A stretch of DNA of 64,000 bases, from the NCBI GenBank assembly GCA_965178125.1, contig OZ237743.1, forward strand, positions 124,001 to 188,000, written 5' to 3'. The stretch's first letter is position 1. Every line of letters starts with the position of its first letter. The DNA is from Bilabrum cf. latius. Its lineage: Eukaryota. The notes beneath the pieces are model-generated. The model did not search any database. It saw only the letters and a list, made by a program, of their open reading frames with translations, and was not told the DNA's origin. Of this stretch, positions 11,737-24,984 are shown piece after piece. A program made the translations under genes and the position numbers.

Positions 11737-14700
11737 TCATGCCTCTTCTCCATTGTCCATGGCCCCCTTGCGATCTACGCTAGCAGTCGCACTGTTTGCC
11801 CCCACGACCACCGGGCCCTGCTTCTACTCCCAGTCAGTCAATGGGGGCAGCTGCACCCCGTGGCCAGTCATAGCTCGCAATCCCTTCGACCCTGCCATTG
11901 CCCTGTCCACAGGATGCTTTTTAGCAGTGCCTCTTCTTGGGATCTCCTGCTCACGCCGGTCCGTATCACCTCCGAATACAACTGAACCAGCCAGGGAGCA
12001 CGCCTCCCGCACCTTGCCGGTGATCTCCCATCGCAGCACCCACACGCACCAGAGAAGTACCCCCACGTTCGACAGGAACACCACCATTGTGGCTGTTGTC
12101 AGCACGGCATCGCTCGAGTTCTCGTCGTGCAGGAAGAGACCCGCCTCAAATGTCAAGAATGCTCCCACCAGCGCCACCAGCTCGAGCGTGTTGAGCGCCG
12201 TGGCTTCGTACGGCTGATTCAGCGAGTGCAGCACAGCAGCGGCGAAAATCACGGCGATGGCGGAGTACGTCTGCACGCGCACGCCCATGGGCTCCACCAG
12301 CACCGTGATGGCCACCACGGCCAGCTTCCTCAGCATAATCACCACTTCCCAGTAGTACGCGTGGTCCCTAAAGCCGGCCGTCAGGAAGCCCATAGTGGCG
12401 ATCACGCCAGGGGCATGCAGTCGGTCACTCACCCACCAGAGTCGCAGTCCAGCCAAGAGCGGGATCCCCACGGCAAACACCAGGATGGCTGGAACGCCCA
12501 CACCGTACATGATCTGCAGCGCTCTGGGGTTGTGGCAGCACACGTCAAGGTCCAGGACCAGCCGCCGGTCTTCGAACCCTTCGGGGCATTCGTCATGCCC
12601 CGCCGGACTCGTGGCTAGCGGACCCATCTGCTGGTCACCACCGTCTAAGTCTACATCTGGCTCTAGGCTGGTGCATGACAGCATCCCGAACGATGCCTCG
12701 GTCAGCGTCAGATGCACCAGGAATGCGATCACAGTCAGACCCGAGAGGATCCGCATCCCCAGCGGGAGCTTCACAGCGGCTAGCGGCACTCCCACGCAGC
12801 CCAGTACAGTTCCTTCGCGCCGACTAGAAGCGAGCCAGAAGTACTCAGCCACTGGAGGCAAGGCAGCAGCAGGCACGGGACCCATAGTCACTGAATCAGC
12901 ATGTGACTAGGGCACAGCGGCACCGCCCTTCAAGCTTGTCGATACTGCCGTGTCTTGACCGAAGGATCTGGTGGGGACTGGAGCACCGCTGGACCCAGAC
13001 AGCAAGGACCTGAATCGGCTAGTGCGCTGCCGCATGATGCCCGACCGGCGAGCAGCGCTCCCCTTGCCTTGGCTGCTACTGGTCGTGATTGGGCTGCGTG
13101 GGCCAGGGTCGGAGCCGTGCCCACCATGCCGAGGTGCAGACGCGCTTCTACTCGGGCTCGATTCACGGTGCTTCTCGTTTCCGCTTGGCACGCCGCGCTC
13201 CTCGAGCACCGTCTCATTGCCCTGCCGCACCCTAGCGAGCGGATTGAAAGTCATCCTTTTCCTGGCAATCTAATCGTTGACCGGCTTCCCTTGTCTGTGC
13301 CCACCCTGACTCGCAGATTGAATCCCAGTAGCACCTGGACTCTCAGCTCCCCCTTCCTCCTCTCCTTCTTCCTCGTCTTTATCACCGTCAGTGACAACCT
13401 CCTCGGGCTCGTGCAAGCACCCGTCGATCAGATCCACAACCACCCAGAACAGGGCCAGTCCAGCAGCAAGCAAGAACGGAGTCAGCAGCACCACAATGGT
13501 GCGAAGGAGATACGAAGATCCGTGCGGCATGTTGGCTGCAAGGCCGCCCTGCATCTGCTACAGATTCACCCCCAGCACGTTCTCTTCGTGCATGGCAAGC
13601 GCCTCGGCAAGCACCCGCTCGTCCTCCAGCTGGGTCCCAGGCCACGTATCGTGCGGTGCACCCGACGTGCCACTGACACCGGACGCTCTACTGCTATTGT
13701 GTTGTTGCAGAATGCCTGTCCAAGCCTCCAGCGCAGCTGCCTGTCTGTTCTCTTCTGCACTTTCTTGCAAATCTCCAGTGCCCTGCTGCAGCATGCAGTC
13801 CAGGCTCAGCACTTCTGAGCTGACTGATGACACGGAGCCCATGGTGTTGAACAGGCGGATAACACCATCTGGCCAGTTGAGTTTGAAGGACGCAGCGATT
13901 GCCACCACCTACACATGCGAGAAGAGGATCTTGATGGTGGCCATACCCACGTTCTGGCCCCCGGCCCGCTGCCCGTGCCCTCGCTGCCTTGGCTGTGCCA
14001 CGTCAGCAGCACCCGGCGCGCGTCCAGTTGCAGTGCCGGGGGCCATGTTGGCTGTTCTGGCGCTGGTACTAGTGCCAAAGTCTGCCCCGGCTCTTCCAGC
14101 AGCATGTGTGGCCGTAGTTGTCGATGCATGCTAGTCTCTGTCCTCGTTTTCGTCCGAGGAGCTGTCATCTCCTAGCAATTCCATCAGCCGTTGGTGTTCC
14201 GACTGCACCGGCTGCCTGTTTGCGGGGCCCATGGAAGATGCACCACCTTGCAGCACGAGTGCTAGCGGATTTGTGCTTCTCAATGTCTATTCCACTGCAG
14301 GCTGCTTGGGATACGCCTTCCCTACCGGTTTCAAACCCGACTAGGCCGCGCGCTAGTTTAGAGCAGGCGCGCTAGCAGCCTCACTTGTGGTCAGTTGCAC
14401 TGTAGTAGCCCCCTGCTTTCCTGCAGCAATCTTTTCCCTACCATCACGGGCGTAATCACCGCCTTGCTTAGCCTCCATCGCTGCCAGCGCGCCCTTCCGC
14501 AGCGCATTCAGTACAAGTCCGATGGCCAGCAGCAGCACGGCCATAGACACTAGAATCGCCACAAGCACAACCACGAAGCCGCTCTGGCACTTGCGGCACT
14601 CGGATGGACCCCATGTTGTGTACCCTGGCATGCATCTGGCACACAGCAGCCCCCCGTACCCCTCGGCGCAAGTTTCACCAATCCACAAGGGGGCACCGGC

Positions 14701-17700
14701 ATCAATCAGCGAGGAGACATCCGCAGTGACCTGCACCGTTGTCAGATTTTCCATTGAATCCGACACGTACCTCGCCCGCACCAGCGAGGCTGACTCCACG
14801 ACCTGCTCTCGCTGGTACAAAGTGGAGATGGTGGGAACTTGCTGCTGCTACTGCTGCAGCTGCCTCTCGAGGGACCTGCGCACGTGCGGTGGAGCACGCG
14901 CAACTAGCCTTCTGGTCTGCGTCTGATTGATGCTGAGGGACGTTAATTCTGGCGGGGCACCATCGACCAGCGAGAGACATGATTCTGGCCGTGGGCACCG
15001 AGTGAAGGCAACCCTTCCTGAGGCCCACGGAATCCGCTAGTATCCTGGGGCTGCAGCAAGCGTAAAGGAGGACCCGCCCCTGCATCGAGTGGCCAGCTGG
15101 TCGCATGATCTGCAGCCCCAGTCCTCAGGCTGCAGGTGCGTGGTCAGAAACTCGCTCTAGGCGCAAGTCGAGGGTGATCCGGGGGTCCACGAGGAGAAAG
15201 GGCCCGGGCCCGCCTCGCTGATGGACCGGATCCGGAGGGCCATGGGGCGGGGGTCGATGGCAGTGAAGGAAGTCCGCATGAGTGCCAATCCGCCCGCGGA
15301 GCTTGGCCTCACGTCTATATCAGAAAGGTCAATTCGGAAGGCAGCGGCTTCGTCTTCTTCTTGGTCTTGATCTGCCCCGACTGAGGCAGCACCGGAAGCT
15401 GGTTCTCGTTCTCTCGTCAAGTTTGCCCCGCTCACGCCAAGCAGCCTCGATTGGATCTCAAACCCGTCCAGTCCCGCCAGTCCCTCCGCCACGATCTGCA
15501 CCTGCCCCGGGTCACGGAAGGTCCAGCGCACCTCGAACCGTTCGTTCCTCTCCCTCCAACCCTGAATGGAACTTGCAACGTATGGCCATGGATCTCCGAT
15601 GACGCCGTACGTGAATAGCGGGGCCGTTGCCGGATCGCTGGATAGGCCCCCACTCTAGTGCACCACTACCTGCAACCCGTCGATCTGGTCCTCCTCCAGC
15701 TGAGGCACCACGCACTCGATCGAGGTCTCGCCCAGTACAACCACGTCCAGGCACTCGTGCGGTCCCAGCATCACGCGATCTGCATCATTATTTTGCCGGC
15801 CCAGGCTGCGCCCTGCAATCACGAGACGCTCCCCGGCTGTGGCGCCGCTTGGGGCCACCGACGTCACTATTGGCCGCCCCAGTGCGGTGAAGAAGCGGTT
15901 GCGAGGACTCGTCTGCTGGGCCACCTGCACCTCAACCTCAGATTCACCCGGCCAGCTAGTCCCATTCACGCCAGTGCACAAGATCTCCGTGCTGGATACA
16001 AGGCGCACCGCACTGCAGGGACTGCCCCCGACTGACACACGCTCCACGTCTGACTGCTCGAATCCGAAGTGCACTCCTCTTACCGTGAACTGAGCTAGCA
16101 CCTGTGGCCCCGTCAGGCTGTACGATGGCTGGATCTCCTCCACCAGCGGCCGCTCGTAGCTCACGGTCGCTTGCGTAGACAGCTATACGGAGCCACCGGC
16201 CACTTGCGACTCGTCGTTACCACCGCCTTGCTGCACTTCTTCCGCAGAGCTCCCGCCCAGCGTGTGCACCGATACCAGCACATCCACGCCCACGCCGGGC
16301 TCGCAGTACGCCAGCAGCTCAGTGTCCGACACCCACAGCACCACGCGAGAGGGCCCACCGCCCACTTCCACACGATCCACAGCCCAAGGAGCCACACCCA
16401 GGCCCTCACCTCTGATCTGCAGCAGCCCAGCGGAGGAGGGCGCTCCCACCAGCGTTGGCGCAATGCTTGATACGGCCACCGCATCCAGGACCACCGAGGT
16501 TCGACCGCTGGGCGCCACTTCTCCGCCCAGCCCTGCTGCCTCCAGCAGCAGCTGCAGCTCATGTTGCGCTGTAGTCACCGACCCAAGAGCCACCTGAGCC
16601 CGACGCGCCGCTCCTGCGAGCACAGCGTCAGCACTGCCGTTGGAGGGGAACAGCCGCGGGCTCAGCACCTGCACAGCCGGGCGCCCCACCAGCAGCACCG
16701 TCCCGCCCGGACTAGACTGGGCCTGCAATAGGATCGATTCTTGCACCCCATCCAACTGGCCCGATGCATCTTGTGTCCCCACACTGAAGTGAACGGACAC
16801 CAGCTGCAGTGCATCAGAGAGCTATTGGCCAGACGCGGCCGAAGCAGCTGCCTGCCAGTCTACCACTGTGCACTGCACCCTGGAGATCACACGGACCGCC
16901 TGTGCGGATGCCGAGCTGGCGCGTACTGCGTGCAGTGACACGTTGGTACACGACGTATTCCACCCCTGGCCATCCAGCCGCACCAAGCCTGCGCCTCCCG
17001 TTGTCACACGGTCCCACTGAGACAGGGCCGATCCTGCATGACTCACGTCCAGCAGGAGCCGCAGACCCGCTTCTAGCAGATAGGCAGTGGCGCGGGGATA
17101 CGTGCTGATGCTGCCACTGTCTACACTGCTTCCGTTGGCCCTAGTGACAGCCAACGAGCCCGTCCTTCCTGGGTTTGGGCCTCCTGAGAATGTGGCCCGC
17201 GTGATCACTGGAGCCGCATAGTCCACAGTGGGTGCAGTGTCGATTGCATTCTCCCCGTTGCGCACAGATAAAACCTGCACCCTATGCCCAATACCCACAC
17301 CTGGAGGCAGCAAACACCGGAGTCGAGTGGCCGGCTCCAGCATCACCAGCTCAGTGCAAGCGTAAGTCCCAACCTGCACCCGGGCGATGGTGTCCACGGT
17401 GTTGCCGAGCCCATTGCCCTCGATCACGATCCACCCGCCATCGCCGGACACGCGGCCAGCAGGCACGCCATCGACAGCATCAGGTGTGACTGACTGCACC
17501 TGTACAGGGGGCTGGAACTGGAAGCCCGTAGGAGCAACGGATTCACGACCCGTAAAAATCACTCGCACGCTGAAATCCCCGGGGGTCCATTCCGGCCGAA
17601 TCTAGGTGCATTCCATTGTGCTGTCGTTGTGCACAAGCACATCGGGGCATTCTTTCCCCGAGATCACCATCCGTGGCGAGGTGCCGTTGCCGCCCGTCCG

Positions 17701-20700
17701 AGCAGACCCAAAATGACGGCCTTGCACGGTCACGCGATACACAGATTCTTTGTCGTTGAAGATCGTGTCTGGGTCCACCAGTACCGCATCGATCTCAGGG
17801 GCTAAAAAACGCACCACACCTGCGCTGCTAGCGTAGCTTCGGCCCTGTCGAGAGCGCACAGTCACTATGCCATCCGAGCCTGGACTAGGCATTAGTGTGC
17901 AACTTATCACGAAGTCAGACTCGGCCGATACGTTAACACATGGTGCCCCATCCACGTCGATGCTTTCAATGAACCCGCCGTCCACGGCCCCCAGCTGGAT
18001 GCCGACCAGCTGCAGCTCCGTGCCCCCTGCAGGACTCACGATGGACGGATTGGAACCGAGCACGGTTGGATCCACCCTGGCGAAGAGCTGGCTTGAAGAC
18101 CACTCGGCCAGCTGTGGCGGCGGGTCCACGTTGCTGCTCCACACCCCTGTCTCAAAACTTTCCCTCGGGTCAGCTGATAGCTGTCGCCATTCCTGCGCAT
18201 GCAGTCTGGCCCGCTCCGACCTGTTCGACTCCAGCGCGGCATTGAGCGCGCCTATCGGTCGAGGTACCACCCGCAATTCGTTGGAAGCCACGAGATGCGC
18301 CCGCACCGAGCATCGGAGCTCCGTGGCGGACACAATGACCAGCGGGTCGCATCTTTCCCCGCCTAGAAAGATCGCCCCGACATTGATCTCCATGCGGGAT
18401 GTGACGAGTGCAGTCCCTCTGAGGATAACCGAGTGCCTGGTGGAGTTATTTACGTTGTTCTCCACCATCGAAGACACGTCAATGGTGGGAGGCTCCACGG
18501 CCTGCACTGCGGCGGGGGCCAAGTCGACCCACGCTGGTATCGCGTCAACCGAGGACACATTCCCTCTTGCCGGTGCATCGTCGTCTGACACGCTGCTCTC
18601 CTATTCCCTGTCCGCCACGACCACCACAGCGGCCGTGTCCAGCCATGATAGCCCGGGCAGCTACACAGACATCGATACCGGGCCACCGATCGCGCCTGCA
18701 GGCGCAGTGCACAACAGCTCCGCTGCCCCCGGTGCGCGTTCCAGAATGCCGTCGCAGGGGTACACTCCAAGAGTCCCGCGCAAGGACTGCCTCGAAAGAG
18801 TCAGGGCAGATGACTCGAGCGAGGACCATACTTGAGACAGACCCCCGGTGGAATCCCGACTACCCATCGAGAGCACTGCAGCTCCCTGCACCCAGCCCAG
18901 CCCCAGCGATCCCCACCCGTCACCTCGTGGTACAGCTCCGATCACGCCGCCCTCACCAACGCTGGCAGGCCAATTGCTGCCGCTGCTGATCAAGCCAATC
19001 GCACCCTGCATGCCCACCGCAATACAATGCACCTCATCTGGTCCGGGAGCTGCGTCGTCGATGGTTTGCCCGCTGGCTAGTTCACGCAGCAGTAGCTCGC
19101 ACGCCCTTGGGTCGTTGCTAGACACGACTACCTCGCCAACGCTGCCCCCGTCAGAACCGGGCAAATGCACCTGCACCTCGGCCACGCCCGGTAGCAAGGG
19201 CTGCTCGGGGGTGCACTGCAGGATGGTGCGCATGCCTTCGTCAATGGCAAATGCACTGGACACTGGACACCGGACTCCACCTGCCCACACATGCCCAAGC
19301 TCATGCACCCTGCCGAGCTCCGATGGACGGGGCAGGTGCATTGAACGATGGGCCATCACAGCAATACCATCCCGGATTCTGCCCGTGTACACAGCCTGAC
19401 AATCACCCACAGGTCCCACATATTCCACCACGCCAGTTGCAGTATTGCCCTCGCTACCGCGCAGCTCCCCTTCGGACAGCAGACAACCAGCCTATGCCAC
19501 ATGCCTCAGCAGTGCCTAGCCATTCCACCCAGCCGCTGCATCTTTGGCAGATGCCGCATCTACTGCTGCCCCCAGTGCCACTACGTTTGCTTCTGTGAGA
19601 GGTGCAGCCCCCATTCCATCACTCGCTAGGCTCTCGTTCAGTGCACTGCACATCGCCTGCTGTTCGCTGCAGTCCAGCGAGGCTTGCAGCGCCTGCGCCA
19701 CGGGCAGCATCCACGGAGGCCTCGAATGCAGTCTGGTGGTGTTGGCCTTGTATGCTACTAGCCCACGCCCACTGCATCCTGGCGATGCTGCCAGCAGGTG
19801 GACCTCTTGGTCGCTGATGGATGCATTGGGCTGAGCAAATGTAGCGAGTGCAGTGCCGAGCTAGCAGCCGGGTCCAACGCCGGCGGGAACAGGAGCCTCG
19901 ATTCGCTCCGAGCTCAACACAACCGCTGCATCGGATGATGAGTTCTGGGTTGGGCCCAACCGGCTCCTCTGATCCACCCGCAGCAGCACTACTGCACCAG
20001 CAGCGTCGTCAAAGCCAGGTGCGCCCACAAACACGTCCATCGTACGGTCCAGTCCAAAACCCAGGAGCTCAATCGAGGCCCCAAAGCGGGAGCGCTCGAA
20101 CTGCCCCGGCCAGTGCCCATCCAGTCGTAAGGGCATCCGGGCAGGGGATAGGAGCTGGTGGTCAGAGACAGACATGGTTAGAGATCCAGCCGGGTCCTGT
20201 TGCACGGCCAGGTGTAGCAGCACCACGGCTCCGAATCTCCTGTCCTATCCAGACAGCGACAGATCCACCCAGTCAGGCGCGCCTACCAGTATCGACACCT
20301 CGCCAGTGGCCTGGCCAGGCCCCCATGCTGTCTCTTGCCTCTCCTCCCGAATCGGGCCCAGGTACTCGAGCGAGGCCCCAAAGCTGTCGCGGGGTGCTCC
20401 TGTGACGGACTGTATCACAGCGATGCGGGTGCCGTTCCAGTCTCCCCTTGGACTCTTGCTTGTCGTAGATGGGCTGCCTGTTGGGTGCAGTGCATGCACA
20501 TGCAGCTCTCCCTGCTGCGGTGCCCCAGCCGCTACAACTGGTGCGTGCATTCTCCTATGGCCAAGCATCGACTGGCCCAAGAAACCCACCGATGCACCCA
20601 GCGAGGTAGGCCCGCTGGCTACCGTCACATTGGAGAGCAGAGCCGTTGGTAGTACAACTCCACTGGCACTGAGAGCTGTCCCTGTCGCCAATCGACTGGC

Positions 20701-23700
20701 ACTGAGAGCTGTCCCTGTCGCCAATCGACTCACCCACAGCTGTCCTCTGGATGCGTCCCCCACCAGCAGGGAAATCGACCCGTCCCCCGCGCCCAGAGGC
20801 CCCAGCGAACACGCCGCGCTGCCATCTAGGAGCACCCTCATGCCAGCAGGCGGATGGTCTACGGCAGGTGCACCATGATCGTTTACTGTCGCAATCCTGG
20901 CATGCAGCAGGCCCCTGCTGACCCAGTTGTGGTAGCCCATCTCAGGCCCCGTGCTTGCCTGTCTGTCAACCTCTAGGGGTTCACCCTCCAACGCAACGAA
21001 CCTTCGTTGGCTAGCCCCCAGGATGCCTATCGACACATCAAGTGAGACAGGGGATGGTGATAATGATCTTGTAGCAGAGCCGGGCAACGAAGTGAGGCGG
21101 TGTATGGCTGTGGATTCAGCAAGCTCTGCCTCAGGGCCTAGAGCCAGCACCCACACCGTGCCTCGACCGCTGCCACCGTCATCATCACCGCGCGCCCCAA
21201 CGACAATGTCAACCACACCGTCACCATCCAGATCCGATAGCGATGCCACCGATACGCCAAATTCGTCCACATCGTCCAGCTGTCCCGTGAAGCCCCCTTG
21301 CGTGTCGGAGATCTTCTGATGCCCCTTTACCGTGCCATCCGATCGCAGGAACAGCACCCACACCGCGCCTCGATTGCTGCCACCATCATCGTCAAAACGT
21401 GCCCCAACAACAAGTTCCACCACGCCATCACCATCCAGATCCGACAGAGATGCAAGCGATTGCCCAAACTAGTCCCCATTGTCCAGCTGTCCCGTGAAGC
21501 CCCCTTGCGTGTCGGAGATCTTCTGATGCCCCTTCACCGTGCCATCCGATCGCAGGAACAGCACCCACACCGCGCCTCGATTGCTGCCGCCACCACCGAC
21601 ACCGAACTCAACTTCTCCCACGGCCAGGTCCACCGTGCCATCACCATCCAGATCCGACAGAGACGCTAGTGACTTGCTGAACCAGTCCCGGTCGTCCAGC
21701 TGTCCCGTGAAGCCCCCTTGCGTGTCGGAGATCTTCTGATGCCCCTTCACCGTGCCATCCGATCGCAGGAACAGCACCCACACCGCGCCTCGATTGCTGC
21801 CGCCGCCGTCATCGTCGCCAAATACTCCCACGGCCAGGTCAATCACACCATCACCGTCCAGATCCGACAGAGATGCCACCGATGTGCCAAAATAGTCCTG
21901 GTCGTCCAGCTGTCCCGTGAAGCCCCCTTGCGTGTCGGAGATCTTCTGATGCCCCTTCACCGTGCCATCCGATCGCAGGAACAGCACCCATACCGCGCCT
22001 CGATTGCTGCCGCCGCCGTCATCGTCATAGAATGCTCCCACGGCCAGGTCCACCGTGCCATCACCATCCAGATCCGACAGAGATGCCACAGATACACCAA
22101 AATTGTCCCGGTCGTCCAGCTGTCCCGTGAAGCCCCCTTGCGTGTCGGAGATCTTCTGATGCCCCTTCACCGTGCCATCCGATCGCAGGAACAACACCCA
22201 CACCGCGCCTCGATCATGGCCGCCGTCATCGTCTGTTGCTGCTCCAACGGCCAGATCAACCACGCCATCACCGTCCAGATCTGACAGAGAAGCCACCGAT
22301 ACACCAAACAAGTCCCCACTGAACAATTGTCCCGTGAAGCCCCCTTGCGTGTCGGAGATCTTCTGATGCCCCTTCAGCGTGCCGTTGCTCTTCACATTAT
22401 TGTTTGCCTGAAGGAGCACGTGGGGTCCTGTGCCCCTTCGCACCTGCACGCTGCTTCCGCTGTCGGACCCCAGCTGCAGCTTCCCATCCCCGTCAATCTT
22501 GCATTCCACCTTGCCGCCAGGTAAACCCACCACTCGATCGCAAGCACCACCCAGGGCTGTAGCTCCAGCTGCGCAGCCATCGGGGACGAGACATGGCACC
22601 TGCCCGAACTCAAACTCCGTGCCATCGTCCCACGCCCTCGTCAGTGACACGTTCACGAACCCCTGGGGCGATACGGACCATCCCCGGATGGAGTCCTCCT
22701 GCAGGCGCACCTCGATTGAGTTGGTTCCACTCGCCACCATGGCGCACCTCGACTGCAGCATAGGGCCTCCACAAGACGTCGTGGGGAAGGGGGGATCAGC
22801 CAGCAGATGGGGGCCCCTGCCAGGGCACCCATGCACGTTCGCATTGCGGGGCCAGAACCGCAGCAACAGGTCCACATTTAGAGTCCCGCCGAGTCCCTCG
22901 GCATACATGTCCGCCCACGCGACTCGCTTCACGGGAAATACGGCCCGATAGGAGTCCAGCAGCTGGCCACCTGCTACCAGCATGAAATGGAACTCCTCCG
23001 CCTCAGTGCCTGTCATGGATGAGTTGTAAGCCAGCTGCACCCGCACGCTGCCTTGCAAATACCCGAGCTACAGACGAGCGCTGGAGGAGGCACACTGTGA
23101 CTGGGTGAGGACAACACGCCTTCCACTGGAATGTGCTTGCCCGGATGCATTAGAGTACAACTATCCGTTGACTTGGTGCGCCTCGATGCCAACGCTCCAT
23201 GGATTGACGAGGCGGGCGGGGTCGATAGTGTAGCTGCCCTCGGCTCCGAGTATCGGAACAATGCTACGCGGGGTGCTGCGCAGCTACAGCACCCACACCG
23301 CACCTCGGTCAGTGCCGCCGTCATCGTCACCAACTACTCCAACGGCCATGTCCACCATGCCATCACCATCCAGGTCCGACAGCGATGCCACCGATACACC
23401 AAAATAGTCCCGATCGTCCAGCTGTCCCGTGAAGCCCCCTTGCGTGTCGGAAATCTTCTGATGCCCCTTCACCGTGCCATCCGATCGCAGGAACAGCACC
23501 CACACCGCGCCTCGCCTGCTGCCGCCATCACCATCATAGAATGCTCCGACGGCCAGGTCCACCATGCCATCACCATCCAGATCCGACAGAGATGCCACCG
23601 ATACACCAAAATAGTTCGCATTGTCCAGCTGTCCCGTGAAGCCCCCTTGCGTGTCGGAGATCTTCTGATGCCCCTTCACCGTGCCATCCGATCGCAGGAA

Positions 23701-24711
23701 CAGCACCCACACCGCGCCTCGATACTCGCCACCGTCATCGTCATAGAATGCTCCGACGGCCAGATCAACCACGCCATCACCATCCAGATCCGACAGAGAT
23801 GCCACCGATACGCCAAAGCGGTCCCAATCGCCCAGCTGTCCCGTGAAGCCCCCTTGCGTGTCGGAGATCTTCTGATGCCCTTTCACCGTGCCATCCGATC
23901 GCAGGAACAGCACCCACACCGCGCCTCGATTGCTGCCACCATCATCGTCACTCAAAGCTCCAACGGCCAGGTCCACCGTGCCATCACCGTCCAGATCCGA
24001 CAGAGATGCCACTGATTGCCCAAACTAGTCCCCATTGTCCAGCTGTCCCGTGAAGCCCCCTTGCGTGTCGGAGATCTTCTGATGCCCCTTCACCGTGCCA
24101 TCCGATCGCAGGAACAGCACCCACACCGCGCCTCGATACTCCCCACCGTCATCGTCATTCAAAGCTCCAACGGCCATGTCCACCATGCCATCACCATCCA
24201 GATCCGACAGAGAAGCCACCGATACGCCAAAATTGTCCCGGTCGTCCAGCTGTCCCGTGAAGCCCCCTTGCGTGTCGGAGATCTTCTGATGCCCCTTCAC
24301 CGTGCCATCCGATCGCAGGAACAGCACCCACACCGCGCCTCGATTCTCCCCACCGTCATCGTCTGTTGCTGCTCCGACGGCAAGGTCGGTCATGCTGTCC
24401 CCGTCAACGTGTAGCAGTGTGGCAACAGACCCACCAAAGCTATTTCCATTCGCAAGCGTACCATCGAAGCTTCCGTGTATGCTGGATATCTTCGTCTGGT
24501 TCCAAACTTTGCCATCACCTGAAGCAGGGGAAGATTGCAACGCCCTTGAGGCAGAGCTTCCATGTAGGGTTTCAGGCTTCGTTCTGCGGTGCGATGCCAC
24601 AAATGAATTTGCTCTCATATCCGCGCATATGCAAGTGGGGACAAACGACGTGACACGTGCAGATACAGTCATGCTTTGCTTACTGACGGGGCCACTCTTG
24701 CATTTCAGCAT
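11737..24711 (-). CDS. Giant (~4,324 aa) cell-surface protein: two FG-GAP (integrin-alpha-like beta-propeller) arrays, several IPT/TIG Ig-like domains, a Cys-rich segment and a C-terminal multi-pass TM domain
   Basis: Seventeen minus-strand ORFs of the track (24025-24711 down to 11824-12891) share one frame. I traced the gaps and found about 27 TAGs and no TAA/TGA until TGA 11737-11739. Motifs: DLDGDG..DLAVGA repeats; IPT-like PVITSVAP / GRNFG / IECVVP patterns; CAEGYGGLLCARC; KILFSHV[TAG]VV..NWP; YYWEVVIMLRKL. The start codon is uncertain. Confidence 0.85.
20662..20727. repeat. Perfect 33-bp tandem duplication (in frame, SRLATGTALSA x2)
   Basis: actggcactgagagctgtccctgtcgccaatcg occurs twice head-to-tail. 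Confidence 0.9.
21130..22385 (-). repeat. FG-GAP tandem array 2: six units of ~207-210 bp
   Basis: Unit KISDTQGGFTGQL-x5-FGxSVASLSDLDGDGxVDxAVG-x3-DDDGG-x2/3-RGAVWVLFLRSDGTVKGHQ is repeated six times. Confidence 0.9.
23284..24490 (-). repeat. FG-GAP tandem array 1: six units of ~207 bp (first unit divergent)
   Basis: Same unit as array 2, with a nearly identical scaffold nucleotide sequence. Confidence 0.9.
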
Positions 24712-24984
24712 TCACCTCCGGAATGAATCTACTGATCTATAACAAACGGATACAACTGATTAGTCCGAACAATTTCATTAACATGCCTTTCATGAAAGCG
24801 AGCCAAAACGTTCTGCGCTAAATTTGGGCCTTCTCTTGCCCCACCAGATCCAGTCAACGTCGCCGTGCTAGACTACCAATTCCGGAATTTGCAAACTAAA
24901 CGCTACTTGTTATGCTAGAGGGTCTTGAAGTCCAGACCAAGTCTAAACCTTCACACAACTTTCAAGAAGAAATTGGAAAACTGC

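Noticed and set aside
21130-24490. CRISPR-like array (constant repeat with variable spacers)
   Set aside because: The units are 207-210 bp, stay in frame and encode FG-GAP protein repeats. The variable parts are homologous to each other, and no cas genes are present.
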